Origin: a virus
DNA: 17,020 nucleotides
Virus record (IMG/VR): IMGVR_UViG_3300045988_053285
Location: 1-17,020 of that record
Reading direction: 5' to 3' (one strand)
The notes under the pieces were generated by a model. It did no database searches, was not told the origin of the DNA, and saw only the letters and a list, made by a program, of their open reading frames with translations. Of this stretch, positions 7,392-14,991 are shown in pieces. Every line of letters starts with the position of its first letter. Position 1 is the first letter of the stretch. The position numbers and the translations under genes are program-made.

Positions 7392-8447
7392 TTAAATGAA
7401 ATATTTGCACATCATCCAAACAGGCATCTTCTTTTTCTTTTTTATCGGCGGCAACGGTGGTACGTCACCGCCAGACAAGAAAAGGAAAATCAACAAAGCA
7501 TTGTTTAAATTGGCTTCACTTCCGAAAGAGAGAAGCGTTGAACTAGGATTGTCGTAAGATTCTTCGTTGTACCATGCAGACGGTGTGTCCGAAGCGTGGG
7601 TGTTAAAATACTCAAGATAAGTGTTTGCGCATGAAATACGATAGGAAAGGGAGGAATCACTAATACCCTCCCATCCGCGCATGAACGCTTCTGTCAACAT
7701 GGAAATATCGTTACTTGTACTGGACAAGAACGCTGACAAGTTGTCAAAGTTTGCGGCAACGCCGGACTGATACCAGATATTTTCATGAATGAAATAGGCA
7801 AGCTGACCGTTTCCATCGTTCGATGCATACCCATTATCATGTAACCAGTTAAGCAACTGTGTGCGTCTGTTCGTCTCAGAGTTGTCAGTCCATTGTCCTA
7901 AACCAAAACCCTGCTTATATCCTAGTTCCCACTGTCCCGGGTTTAATGTACTTTCCTGCATCCAGTTACCGCATATTGCGGCGGCAACGTAAGCAGATGC
8001 ACCAACACCGGAACCACCAGACCCATACCTAAAGCAACGTGACCAGTTGCTCGGAGATGACTCCGTAGTGCTGATGCTTACTTGTTGGTCAAGTGGTGCG
8101 TCATCTGTGTGCGCACCCATTGTTATCCGTCCACGATATACCATTTCGGTGTGACCCGACCGCCAGAGAATATCACCCGGTTTCCATGCATTCGAAACAG
8201 GTACTTCTGTAAATCCCATTGATTGCAGAACTGGTATAATATCGGAAGTAGTGAACGGACGTAGGGAACCGTAAGTCTCAATGACGGGGAATGCGCCCGC
8301 AACAAGTGCGTACCAGACAAATGAGGAACAGTCATAGTAGGTTATTCCGTTTACTGTCTGCTGTTCCCGGTATGTCTGTGAATAACCGACGTTTGGTCGA
8401 TTACAGGTAGACACCGCCCAAGACCATGAAGTGTTAATGTTAGCCAC
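7392..8447 (-). CDS. Virion-associated peptidoglycan hydrolase (tail lysin): Pal/Amidase_5-like Cys-His domain plus phage-tail-lysozyme-like domain
   Basis: 351 aa with a GTG start at 8447 that overlaps the endolysin stop (GTGGCTAA). The N-terminal domain has YYDCSSFV (Cys) and WKPGDILWRSGHTEMVY (His). The C-terminal domain has ICGNWMQESTLNPGQWE...GFGLGQWT, which resembles the phage tail lysozyme family signature. The two-domain layout parallels phi29 gp13. Confidence 0.75.
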   Translation of the reverse strand: MANINTSWSWAVSTCNRPNVGYSQTYREQQTVNGITYYDCSSFVWYALVAGAFPVIETYGSLRPFTTSDIIPVLQSMGFTEVPVSNAWKPGDILWRSGHTEMVYRGRITMGAHTDDAPLDQQVSISTTESSPSNWSRCFRYGSGGSGVGASAYVAAAICGNWMQESTLNPGQWELGYKQGFGLGQWTDNSETNRRTQLLNWLHDNGYASNDGNGQLAYFIHENIWYQSGVAANFDNLSAFLSSTSNDISMLTEAFMRGWEGISDSSLSYRISCANTYLEYFNTHASDTPSAWYNEESYDNPSSTLLSFGSEANLNNALLIFLFLSGGDVPPLPPIKKKKKMPVWMMCKYFI

Positions 8448-9126
8448 GATCTAAACCCTCTTTTGCTACGTAACCAGTATAAACGTTACCATTAACTACT
8501 GCTTTTACCAGATACCATATTCCGGTATAATACCCATAGTTTCTAACGCCAGTTCCTGTAGGTAAAGTTAAAATTACTGCTTTATCCATTCCAGCACCAA
8601 CACGCAACTTGTAACGATCATTGGTGTGATACGCACCTGCGATTTTTCGATCGAAGCTACGTGCGGGTTCTGCTCTGATTGGCTCTACAATCTCCTGTGG
8701 TTTTTCATTTCCAATATAACGATAATGGACGGTATTTTCATATGGCAGAACGTAATAAGGTCTAACGCATATTTCTCTTCCAGTCTGATCACCTGTCTCA
8801 CCATCAATTCCACCGTTCTCTGACTGACTGGCGTGAACGATGAGTGAAGCGTCCGTTGACATTGTAACATGATGCCCAGCGGCAAGATGAATGTCACCGC
8901 GTTTCCACGGAGCATGGCACTTTTTAAACCCGCACTTGATAAGCTGTGATTCAAGGTTGCGCGTTGTACTATATTTACTGACAGCAAAGCCTGCCTTACT
9001 TAACGCTGTTCCAACCAGTGAACTACAGTCATAGTCCGGACTGTTTCTGTGTACCTGTGAATAACCGTGACGGTCATCGGCGGCAATCTGTTCCGCCCAT
9101 GCTACTGCTGTTTCAATTTTAGGCAT
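8440..9126 (-). CDS. Endolysin: Pal/Amidase_5-like Cys-His amidase plus C-terminal SH3b-like wall-binding domain
   Basis: 228 aa from the ATG at 9126 (RBS AGGAGGTG, 8-nt spacer, ATGCCTAA overlap with the holin stop). AVAWAE...GYSQ...PDYDCSSLV and APWKRGDIHLAAGHH parallel the pneumococcal phage Dp-1 Pal amidase N-terminus as I recall it. The C-terminal YKLRVGAGMDKAVILTLPTGTGVRNYG...WYLVKAVVNGNVYTGYV has an SH3b-like pattern. Confidence 0.8.
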   Translation of the reverse strand: MPKIETAVAWAEQIAADDRHGYSQVHRNSPDYDCSSLVGTALSKAGFAVSKYSTTRNLESQLIKCGFKKCHAPWKRGDIHLAAGHHVTMSTDASLIVHASQSENGGIDGETGDQTGREICVRPYYVLPYENTVHYRYIGNEKPQEIVEPIRAEPARSFDRKIAGAYHTNDRYKLRVGAGMDKAVILTLPTGTGVRNYGYYTGIWYLVKAVVNGNVYTGYVAKEGLDRG

Positions 9127-9337
9127 TATTTTCACCTCCTAGATGAATGCACAAAGAATTGATTGCTAGTGTATTTGCTTCAATGCTCTTACGTAATTCG
9201 GCAACCTCTTCCTTATGCATCTCGTTATCTTCCTCACGCCGCTGTTCTGTTTTCAAGTGATCCCAAAACAGTACACCGCAACACACAATAGGAAATCCAT
9301 ACTGACTGATAAACTGTCCAATCTGTGCTAAATCCAT
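9119..9337 (-). CDS. Holin-like protein (BhlA/UviB-type: one N-terminal TM helix plus charged coiled coil)
   Basis: 72 aa from the ATG at 9337 (RBS GAGAGGTG); the GTG at 9346 is an alternative start. One hydrophobic helix (FPIVCCGVLFW) is followed by a highly charged tail. It lies immediately upstream of, and is translationally coupled to, the endolysin. Confidence 0.6.
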   Translation of the reverse strand: MDLAQIGQFISQYGFPIVCCGVLFWDHLKTEQRREEDNEMHKEEVAELRKSIEANTLAINSLCIHLGGENNA

Positions 9338-9363
9338 TTTCTTCACCTCTCTTTCGTAATTTC

Positions 9364-9392
9364 ATCATAACACTTAGGGTTGATTTTGTCAA
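9364..9392 (-). promoter_or_regulatory. Promoter of the structural/lysis operon
   Basis: On the minus strand: TTGACA (9392-9387), 17-nt spacer, TGT-TATGAT extended -10 (9372-9364). It lies about 25 nt upstream of the holin RBS. Confidence 0.75.
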
Positions 9393-9408
9393 GCTTTTAT
9401 GATATAAT
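9380..9408 (+). promoter_or_regulatory. Promoter of the packaging ATPase gene
   Basis: TTGATT (9380-9385), 17-nt spacer, extended -10 TGATATAAT (9400-9408). It lies about 40 nt upstream of the ATG at 9448. Its -35 box is 1 bp from the -35 of the divergent late promoter. Confidence 0.7.
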
Positions 9409-9447
9409 ATTTTTAGAAACAAAATATTGGAAAGGAAGAATGTTTGA

Positions 9448-10485
9448 ATGTCAAAATATTACGATGGAACGAAACTTCTTTCGCTCAAAGATCTTGACGG
9501 ACAACGACCGGAAATTTATATGGTCACGACAAACCGAACAGGAGGTAAGACTACGTATTTTGGACGGTATTCTGTTCGGCGTTTCATAAACTTCAATGAA
9601 AAGTTCGCACTACTTTACCGGTTTAACTACGAACTGGACAATGTGTCTGACAAATTCTTTAAAGACTTGAAAACTCTGTTCTTTCCTAGTATGGAAATGA
9701 CAAGTAAGAGACTTGCTCATGGTATCTTTCATGAGTTATATCTGGATGAGCGTTCCTGCGGATACGCTATCACATTAAACAGTGCCGATCAGCTTAAAAA
9801 ATATTCGCATTTATTTTCTGACGTTGACCGCATTTTATTTGACGAGTTTCAGTCGGAGACAAACCATTACTGCGATAAGGAAGTAAAAAAGTTCCAGAGC
9901 ATTCACACTTCTATTGCTCGTGGACAGGGAGAACAGACTCGTTATGTTCCTGTATACATGATGTCAAACCCCGTAACTCTATTAAATCCATACTACAGTG
10001 CTATGAAAATAGGAAGTAGATTACAGTCTAATACGAAATTCCTACGTGGAAGTGGATGGGTATTGGAACAAGGTTATGTTGACAGTGCGGCGAAAGCAAT
10101 GAAACAATCTGGTTTTGCAAAAGCTTTTGCCGAAGATGATTACATGAAGTATTCCACCGAAGCCGTGTATCTGAATGACAATTACTCTTTTGTTGAAACA
10201 ATGCAAGGAAAATGCAAGTATGTTTGTACACTAAGATATATGGGAAAAGAGTATGGTGTTAAAGAATATGTAGAAAAAGGTGTGGTGTATGTCGATGATA
10301 AGCCAGACTTAACTTATCCATACAAGATCACAGTTACAACCGAAGATCATCAGATCAACTACTTGATGCTACAGAAGCACGATATATTTATCATGAACAT
10401 GCGTTTTCTGTTCAGCAAGGGTGCGTTCCGGTTCAAGAATCTGGAATGCAAAGAAGCAACGCTGGCGGCGTTGTCGTACAGATAA
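9448..10485 (+). CDS. DNA encapsidation (packaging) ATPase, phi29 gp16-like
   Basis: 345 aa. Walker A is TNRTGGKTT and Walker B is RILFDEFQ. The length and the N-terminal ASCE ATPase plus C-terminal domain layout match phi29 gp16. It is the only convincing plus-strand gene. Confidence 0.85.
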   Translation: MSKYYDGTKLLSLKDLDGQRPEIYMVTTNRTGGKTTYFGRYSVRRFINFNEKFALLYRFNYELDNVSDKFFKDLKTLFFPSMEMTSKRLAHGIFHELYLDERSCGYAITLNSADQLKKYSHLFSDVDRILFDEFQSETNHYCDKEVKKFQSIHTSIARGQGEQTRYVPVYMMSNPVTLLNPYYSAMKIGSRLQSNTKFLRGSGWVLEQGYVDSAAKAMKQSGFAKAFAEDDYMKYSTEAVYLNDNYSFVETMQGKCKYVCTLRYMGKEYGVKEYVEKGVVYVDDKPDLTYPYKITVTTEDHQINYLMLQKHDIFIMNMRFLFSKGAFRFKNLECKEATLAALSYR

Positions 10486-10607
10486 TTATGGTATCTACCA
10501 TTGTTTCATATCATGATAAGAAAGGGTGCCCAGTTGAAAATATACTGCCTTACTTATTTACTGCTAGGCAAGCAGGCGTGGTGTGTTCAGTGGTTAAAGA
10601 TATATGT

Positions 10608-10651
10608 AAGAAGCAGGGATAACTTACCTAGTAAGCTCCCTGCTTCTTTTT
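10608..10651. terminator. Bidirectional intrinsic terminator between the convergent ATPase and replication operons
   Basis: 12-bp stem AAGAAGCAGGGA (10608-10619) / TCCCTGCTTCTT (10637-10648), extended by an inner CTTAC/GTAAG pairing. A T-run follows on the plus strand. It abuts the stop codon (10650-10652) of the last minus-strand gene. Confidence 0.75.
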
Positions 10652-10883
10652 AATTACTCTTAAACAAACCTTTCTTGTATACACGAATTACAAGCCAACC
10701 TCTTAATTTGTCTAGTGTAATGCTCCAGATCATATATTTTTCTGGTTTCAGTTCGTCACAGTAACGTATCATTTTTTCACATCTTCCTTTGAAAATTTCT
10801 TTTCCGTTATCGTAGTCTGAAATATCAATCACTATGCAGTATACAGACGGTGAGATGTATAATCTAAACTCTTCCAGCGTCAT
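10650..10883 (-). CDS. Hypothetical protein (77 aa), last gene of the replication operon
   Basis: The ATG at 10883 has GGAGG 9 nt upstream. The longer ORF-track start (10952) would overlap the upstream gene by 89 nt. No recognisable motifs. Confidence 0.5.
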   Translation of the reverse strand: MTLEEFRLYISPSVYCIVIDISDYDNGKEIFKGRCEKMIRYCDELKPEKYMIWSITLDKLRGWLVIRVYKKGLFKSN

Positions 10884-11268
10884 AGTATTCATCCTCCAAT
10901 TCAATAAAAAGACGGTTATCAAGAACACCAACGGCTTTAATAATTCTTTCACCTAACTTTTCAAATGCCCAGTTGGTCGTAATTTTTTCAAAGAAATAAT
11001 TTTTTTCTGGTCTAACGATAGTAACATCGCTGGTAGTAAGAATCGTGAGTAGTGCTTTCAACTTCATTCCTTTTCCTGTGACGTATTCGGTGTACAGACC
11101 TGTTCCAAACACTTTATTCAGATGATTTTTTACCTCTTTAGTAGAATCATAAATAATTTCTACATTGTTCTTAGGGTCTGCAATTACTAAGCCGTACCGC
11201 ATTGCAAACAGATCAAATGGTGTCAATGTAATTGTTGCTACACTTTTGCTTGATGTTTCAATCTTCAT
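10864..11268 (-). CDS. Hypothetical protein (134 aa) downstream of the DNA polymerase
   Basis: ATG at 11268 with RBS GAGGTG that overlaps the polymerase stop. It occupies the position of the phi29 gene 1 region. No recognisable motifs. Confidence 0.6.
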   Translation of the reverse strand: MKIETSSKSVATITLTPFDLFAMRYGLVIADPKNNVEIIYDSTKEVKNHLNKVFGTGLYTEYVTGKGMKLKALLTILTTSDVTIVRPEKNYFFEKITTNWAFEKLGERIIKAVGVLDNRLFIELEDEYYDAGRV

Positions 11269-11274
11269 TTTTTA

Positions 11275-13260
11275 TCACCTCATTTTATATGTTGTTTCGC
11301 AGAGCAACACGCCGCCGGGAATACGCTTTGGCATCAGCTTTCCGGGAACAGTCATTCCATAAGTAAAATCAGTTAAATCTCTGTGAATAGGTTTGTCAGT
11401 TTCATCGAATAAGAAATCTTTCTCTTCCTCTTTCCAGTCATCCGGTTTTCCTTGCTTATCTTCCATACTTCTGATGAACAGGTCTTTACACTTGCTCGGC
11501 ATGCCGGCACATTTTACATTATAATAAGGGTCAACTTTCTCACCAACCCATTCGTTGTCTTTCAACTCAAGATCTTCTTCAACTACGTGTTCAATGTATG
11601 TTTTCTGACGAGTGAAAATAGCCTTATCCCATTTGCTTTCCAATTTCCAGCAACAAAAAGCTGTGTTGTGTACCTTAATACCCTTTACTTCTTCTGGTTT
11701 TAAGTTACAGTGAATACTATCTGTATCGGCATATATAAAACCTGCTTTGTCTACACCATGATAGTTCGCTTGTGCCGCTCTGATCGTAAAGTTACGTGCG
11801 TAACTTGTTATCGCCGAACCGATCGGTATATAGCCAGGCTGTTTGTCGTGCGCTTCTACGCTACGGAACCCGATTGAGTTGTCATCTTTCAGATATGCTA
11901 CCTTAAATGAACTGTCCGTGCTACTTGCAAACTTCCCGTACAGGTTGTTCAAGAAAAGTTTTGCCAACTGACGCATTGCTCCCTTACTGTTCATTTTAAT
12001 TTCCTTATACTTGTCAATATAAGCATCGAACAAGCCATTTTTTTTCTCAAAATAACAGCCGTCTAGTATTTCAAAATCCTCGACGTCATAGTGTTCTAAG
12101 AAAAGCTTGTAATCTGTCATTGTTAAGGTCAACTCTACAGTGGTTGGAACTTTGTTCATGTTACCATCATAGATGTATCTATGGTATTGTCCATTGAGGT
12201 ATACATCTGAGGTTTCCAGTGCTTCTGTTCCCCTGTACAGAGATGAACCTTTTATCTGGATAAAAGGTAACTTATCTTTATTGAGATAGAAACGTGTTCT
12301 AATCCGAACGAAGAAATATTTTTCGTGCGCTACATCCGGTATAGTTTTCTGGAAGAACACAGGAAATCCTATAGGATAATAGTTACCAGATTCAGAGTGC
12401 ATCATAGACGGATACAATGAATTTACATCAGCAGTTACGCCATCACCATATGGTATACCAGTCTTACCTTTTACAGCATAACACCAGCCACCTTTGTAGG
12501 ACTTTTTAACATACTCACCAGCATTAGAAACGCCATATGTACTCTTGTCGATCTTGAAGTCGTAGAGGTTTGGAAACATCTGATCCCACTCATATACCGT
12601 TTCATGCTCAAATATGTTTTTATATTCTTCCATGCAACACGAACCGATCGTCAGCTTGTTATGACCCTCTGCGAACATGAACTCGATTGCTTCTTTTATG
12701 ACAAGAACGTCGTTCTTAATATACTCAATCTCTTCTGCTGTGATTTCACAACCAGCATATCGCAAACCTTTGTATTCCATTTCAAGTTTACGGTGCTTTA
12801 ACTTAAACGATTCACCGATTGTCTTGACAGAAAATGGCAAAAGCTTTAATGAGTCACGCAACTCAATGAACTTGCCGTTGCCCAAGCGTATTGTAATCGA
12901 GTACCACTGACCTTTATCGCTAATGGAATACTTGAAAGAACGAAAACTCATATCTTTCTCTTTCAACCAGCTTACGCTGTACGATTCAGACGAATTGACT
13001 ACGAAAGATTGTTGATAACCTTGTTTGATTAAGTAATCTATCCAGAAAGAACCATCAAATTTTAAGTTATGAAAATAGCAGATTACGTTACACTTGTAGG
13101 ATGCAAGATGTTTAAGACAATCTCCGATGCTATGCGACACGGTGACTGACTCTGTGTTTAACTCTACTGTAGCCGCCGCCCACACTTCGGTATCAGTTTG
13201 ACCAGCGTATACGGTCGTTTCAAAATCTCCTACAAAATAACGATACTTGCGCTTTTTCAA
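11275..13260 (-). CDS. Protein-primed family B DNA polymerase (phi29 gp2-like)
   Basis: 661 aa with a TTG start at 13260. Exo I is FVGDFETT, Exo II YFHNLKFDGSF, Exo III YIKNDVLVI. Motif A is DVNSLYPSMM, motif B KLFLNNLYGKF, motif C IYADTDSIH, and KxY is RQKTYI. These are nearly identical to the phi29 motifs as I recall them (e.g. YFHNLKFDGAF, DVNSLYPAQM, KLMLNSLYGKF, IYCDTDSIH). Confidence 0.95.
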   Translation of the reverse strand: MKKRKYRYFVGDFETTVYAGQTDTEVWAAATVELNTESVTVSHSIGDCLKHLASYKCNVICYFHNLKFDGSFWIDYLIKQGYQQSFVVNSSESYSVSWLKEKDMSFRSFKYSISDKGQWYSITIRLGNGKFIELRDSLKLLPFSVKTIGESFKLKHRKLEMEYKGLRYAGCEITAEEIEYIKNDVLVIKEAIEFMFAEGHNKLTIGSCCMEEYKNIFEHETVYEWDQMFPNLYDFKIDKSTYGVSNAGEYVKKSYKGGWCYAVKGKTGIPYGDGVTADVNSLYPSMMHSESGNYYPIGFPVFFQKTIPDVAHEKYFFVRIRTRFYLNKDKLPFIQIKGSSLYRGTEALETSDVYLNGQYHRYIYDGNMNKVPTTVELTLTMTDYKLFLEHYDVEDFEILDGCYFEKKNGLFDAYIDKYKEIKMNSKGAMRQLAKLFLNNLYGKFASSTDSSFKVAYLKDDNSIGFRSVEAHDKQPGYIPIGSAITSYARNFTIRAAQANYHGVDKAGFIYADTDSIHCNLKPEEVKGIKVHNTAFCCWKLESKWDKAIFTRQKTYIEHVVEEDLELKDNEWVGEKVDPYYNVKCAGMPSKCKDLFIRSMEDKQGKPDDWKEEEKDFLFDETDKPIHRDLTDFTYGMTVPGKLMPKRIPGGVLLCETTYKMR

Positions 13261-13263
13261 GTG

Positions 13264-14121
13264 TTAGTAATCTCCGTCCATCATATCGTCTAAATCTTCG
13301 AATGAGCGCATAGCATATTCAGACAACGTAAAACCAGCAATACTGCTTAACAGATTGATGATAGCTTGAGCAGACGCTCTTACTAAATCACCGTCAGAAT
13401 CGTAATGAATGATGCCTAGCCACTTCTGGATATCATCCCAGTGGCTTGACAACTCTTCACCCAATCTATTCTTTCCGAGGTCAATCACATTAAAATCTTT
13501 TTGCTGTTCTTTCGGCAACGTTTTCATGATGGTATTACCTACCTCTTCCAGAACTTCATCTAACGCCGATAAAATTTCATTCAAGGCTCTGTTCGCTATC
13601 TCGGCAACCTCCGGTTTTCGCCTTACTCTTTTACCTGTAACAGATGTGTAATAATACACGTCCATTGTCGAGATAATCTCTTTCAGTTTATCCACCAAAT
13701 CATTTACTGCTTGTGCATAAGCTAATGCTGGTACGTCTGTTACAGGTACTTTTGTACCGTCAGTGCTTGTCCAGAAACGCTGTTCTGCTTCTTTGTTCGC
13801 TTTTCTTGTTTCACTGGCTTTCTTTGCTCTTAATTTCCGTTCAAGATTTAAACCCTCTTTGCCGGAAACTATTTCTCCGAATGTCGCTTCGCCACCGTAA
13901 GTAGCTTTTGAATACAATACGTCTTTCGTTAGCTTTTTAAGTCTTCGAATACTAGCTTCAGTTTTACGCTTCGGAATAGACGGAATAAGTGTGTCTGGAA
14001 AACTATATCCACGCTTTTCCGCTCTTCTAACGAACGACTTAAGACGGTTTTGCTCTTTTGCGTAAGCCTTGTTGATAGCTTGTTGTTTTGCGCTCTGTTT
14101 CTTTGCTGTTTTCTTTGCCAC
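13264..14121 (-). CDS. Terminal protein (phi29 gp3-like, by synteny and charge pattern)
   Basis: 285 aa with a GTG start at 14121 (RBS GAGAGGT). It lies directly upstream of the polymerase. The N-terminus is very basic (MAKKTAKKQSAKQQ...RRAEKRG) and the C-terminus acidic (HYDSDGDL...FEDLDDMMDGDY), as in phi29 TP. The presence of ITRs requires a TP. Confidence 0.65.
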   Translation of the reverse strand: MAKKTAKKQSAKQQAINKAYAKEQNRLKSFVRRAEKRGYSFPDTLIPSIPKRKTEASIRRLKKLTKDVLYSKATYGGEATFGEIVSGKEGLNLERKLRAKKASETRKANKEAEQRFWTSTDGTKVPVTDVPALAYAQAVNDLVDKLKEIISTMDVYYYTSVTGKRVRRKPEVAEIANRALNEILSALDEVLEEVGNTIMKTLPKEQQKDFNVIDLGKNRLGEELSSHWDDIQKWLGIIHYDSDGDLVRASAQAIINLLSSIAGFTLSEYAMRSFEDLDDMMDGDY

Positions 14122-14151
14122 TGTTTTTACCTCTCTTTACTATTGATACAA

Positions 14152-14180
14152 GAAAAAGGAGGTATCAAACCTCCCTTTCT
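14152..14180 (-). terminator. Intra-operon intrinsic terminator/attenuator between the SSB-like and terminal-protein genes
   Basis: Minus-strand RNA GAAAGGGAGGU-UUGAU-ACCUCCUUUUUC: a GGAGGU/ACCUCC core stem, extendable by A-U and G-U pairs, running into a U5 tract. It starts 7 nt after the SSB-like stop and ends 31 nt before the TP GTG start. Confidence 0.55.
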
Positions 14181-14186
14181 TATTTG

Positions 14187-14543
14187 TTAACAATGCTGTA
14201 CACTGTTATAGTCTAAGCGACAGTCGATGAAGTCTCGCCCTGCTTTCGTCTTGCCAGACTCTTTAATAATTGCATACGGTTCTCCGCCGAACACCTCATG
14301 AATCTTTTCCAGTGATTTACGGAACGTTGCCGACTGGAAAGCATATACCTTTCCGCTGGTGTCCATGATTGCCGTAATATCGGTGATAGTACCATCTTCT
14401 TTTTCGTCCTCGTAAGAACACCAAACTGATACAGGAATCGAAGTTCCGTCCGGAACATCTTTCATGGACTCTGCACCCTTGTCGACTGTCAGCATGTACT
14501 GTTCAATTTTTGTGAGATCTTTACTTGCTTTTAATACTTTCAT
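14187..14543 (-). CDS. Single-stranded DNA-binding protein candidate (phi29 p5-like)
   Basis: 118 aa from the ATG at 14543 (RBS AAGGAGA); the ORF-track start at 14627 has no RBS. Size and position (between the p6-like gene and TP) fit phi29 gene 5. MKDVPDGTSIPV...TAIMDTSGKVYAFQS...GKTKAGRDFIDCRL loosely parallels phi29 p5 as I recall it (FKNLPDGTIIEA...IFAADGSLYSAIS...GTSSKGNVFFSLQL). Confidence 0.5.
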   Translation of the reverse strand: MKVLKASKDLTKIEQYMLTVDKGAESMKDVPDGTSIPVSVWCSYEDEKEDGTITDITAIMDTSGKVYAFQSATFRKSLEKIHEVFGGEPYAIIKESGKTKAGRDFIDCRLDYNSVQHC

Positions 14544-14661
14544 TTTCGTTTTTCTCCTTATTCTTGTTTTGCTGTGACAAGTGCGGAAAGACCTGTCACC
14601 TGTTTTAAAGACACTACTTTCTTGCACGTATGGTTGAATTTTGAAGTGTTATTACCTACTT

Positions 14662-14943
14662 TTAGTTACGTTTCGGAAGTGGCTCTAACTCAGTCGCATT
14701 GGCGATAAATACAGCTTCTAACATTCCGTAACGTTTTTCGAACGGCTCTACAGCCAGGATTTTCACTACTTTAAAAACTTCTGTATCATGTTCTTTTCGA
14801 ATCTTATTCAAAAGCTTTTCGTCATTGGTGTGCTGTCCCCCGATCTCGTAAGTTACATTGCACGGCTCACAGGTATTTGTGTCCATTGCAAGGACTGTTA
14901 CTTTTGTACCGATTACGGTACGAGTTACCATTGATTCTCTCAT
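14662..14943 (-). CDS. Histone-like double-stranded DNA-binding protein candidate (phi29 p6-like)
   Basis: 93 aa, ATG at 14943, RBS AAAGGAGG. It is the first gene of the replication operon, like phi29 gene 6. VVKILAVEPFEKRYGMLEAVFIANAT parallels my recollection of phi29 p6 (VQVVSVEPNTEVYELPVEKFLEVAT). Confidence 0.5.
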   Translation of the reverse strand: MRESMVTRTVIGTKVTVLAMDTNTCEPCNVTYEIGGQHTNDEKLLNKIRKEHDTEVFKVVKILAVEPFEKRYGMLEAVFIANATELEPLPKRN

Positions 14944-14991
14944 TTCCGTTTTCCTCCTTTTCTTGTTTTGTTGTTTCGGAAATTATTTTTA

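Noticed and set aside
9234-9589. ORFs 9234-9422 (minus) and 9380-9589 (plus) spanning the divergent promoter region.
   Set aside because: They start or end within the promoter elements and overlap the holin or ATPase genes out of frame. They have no RBS.
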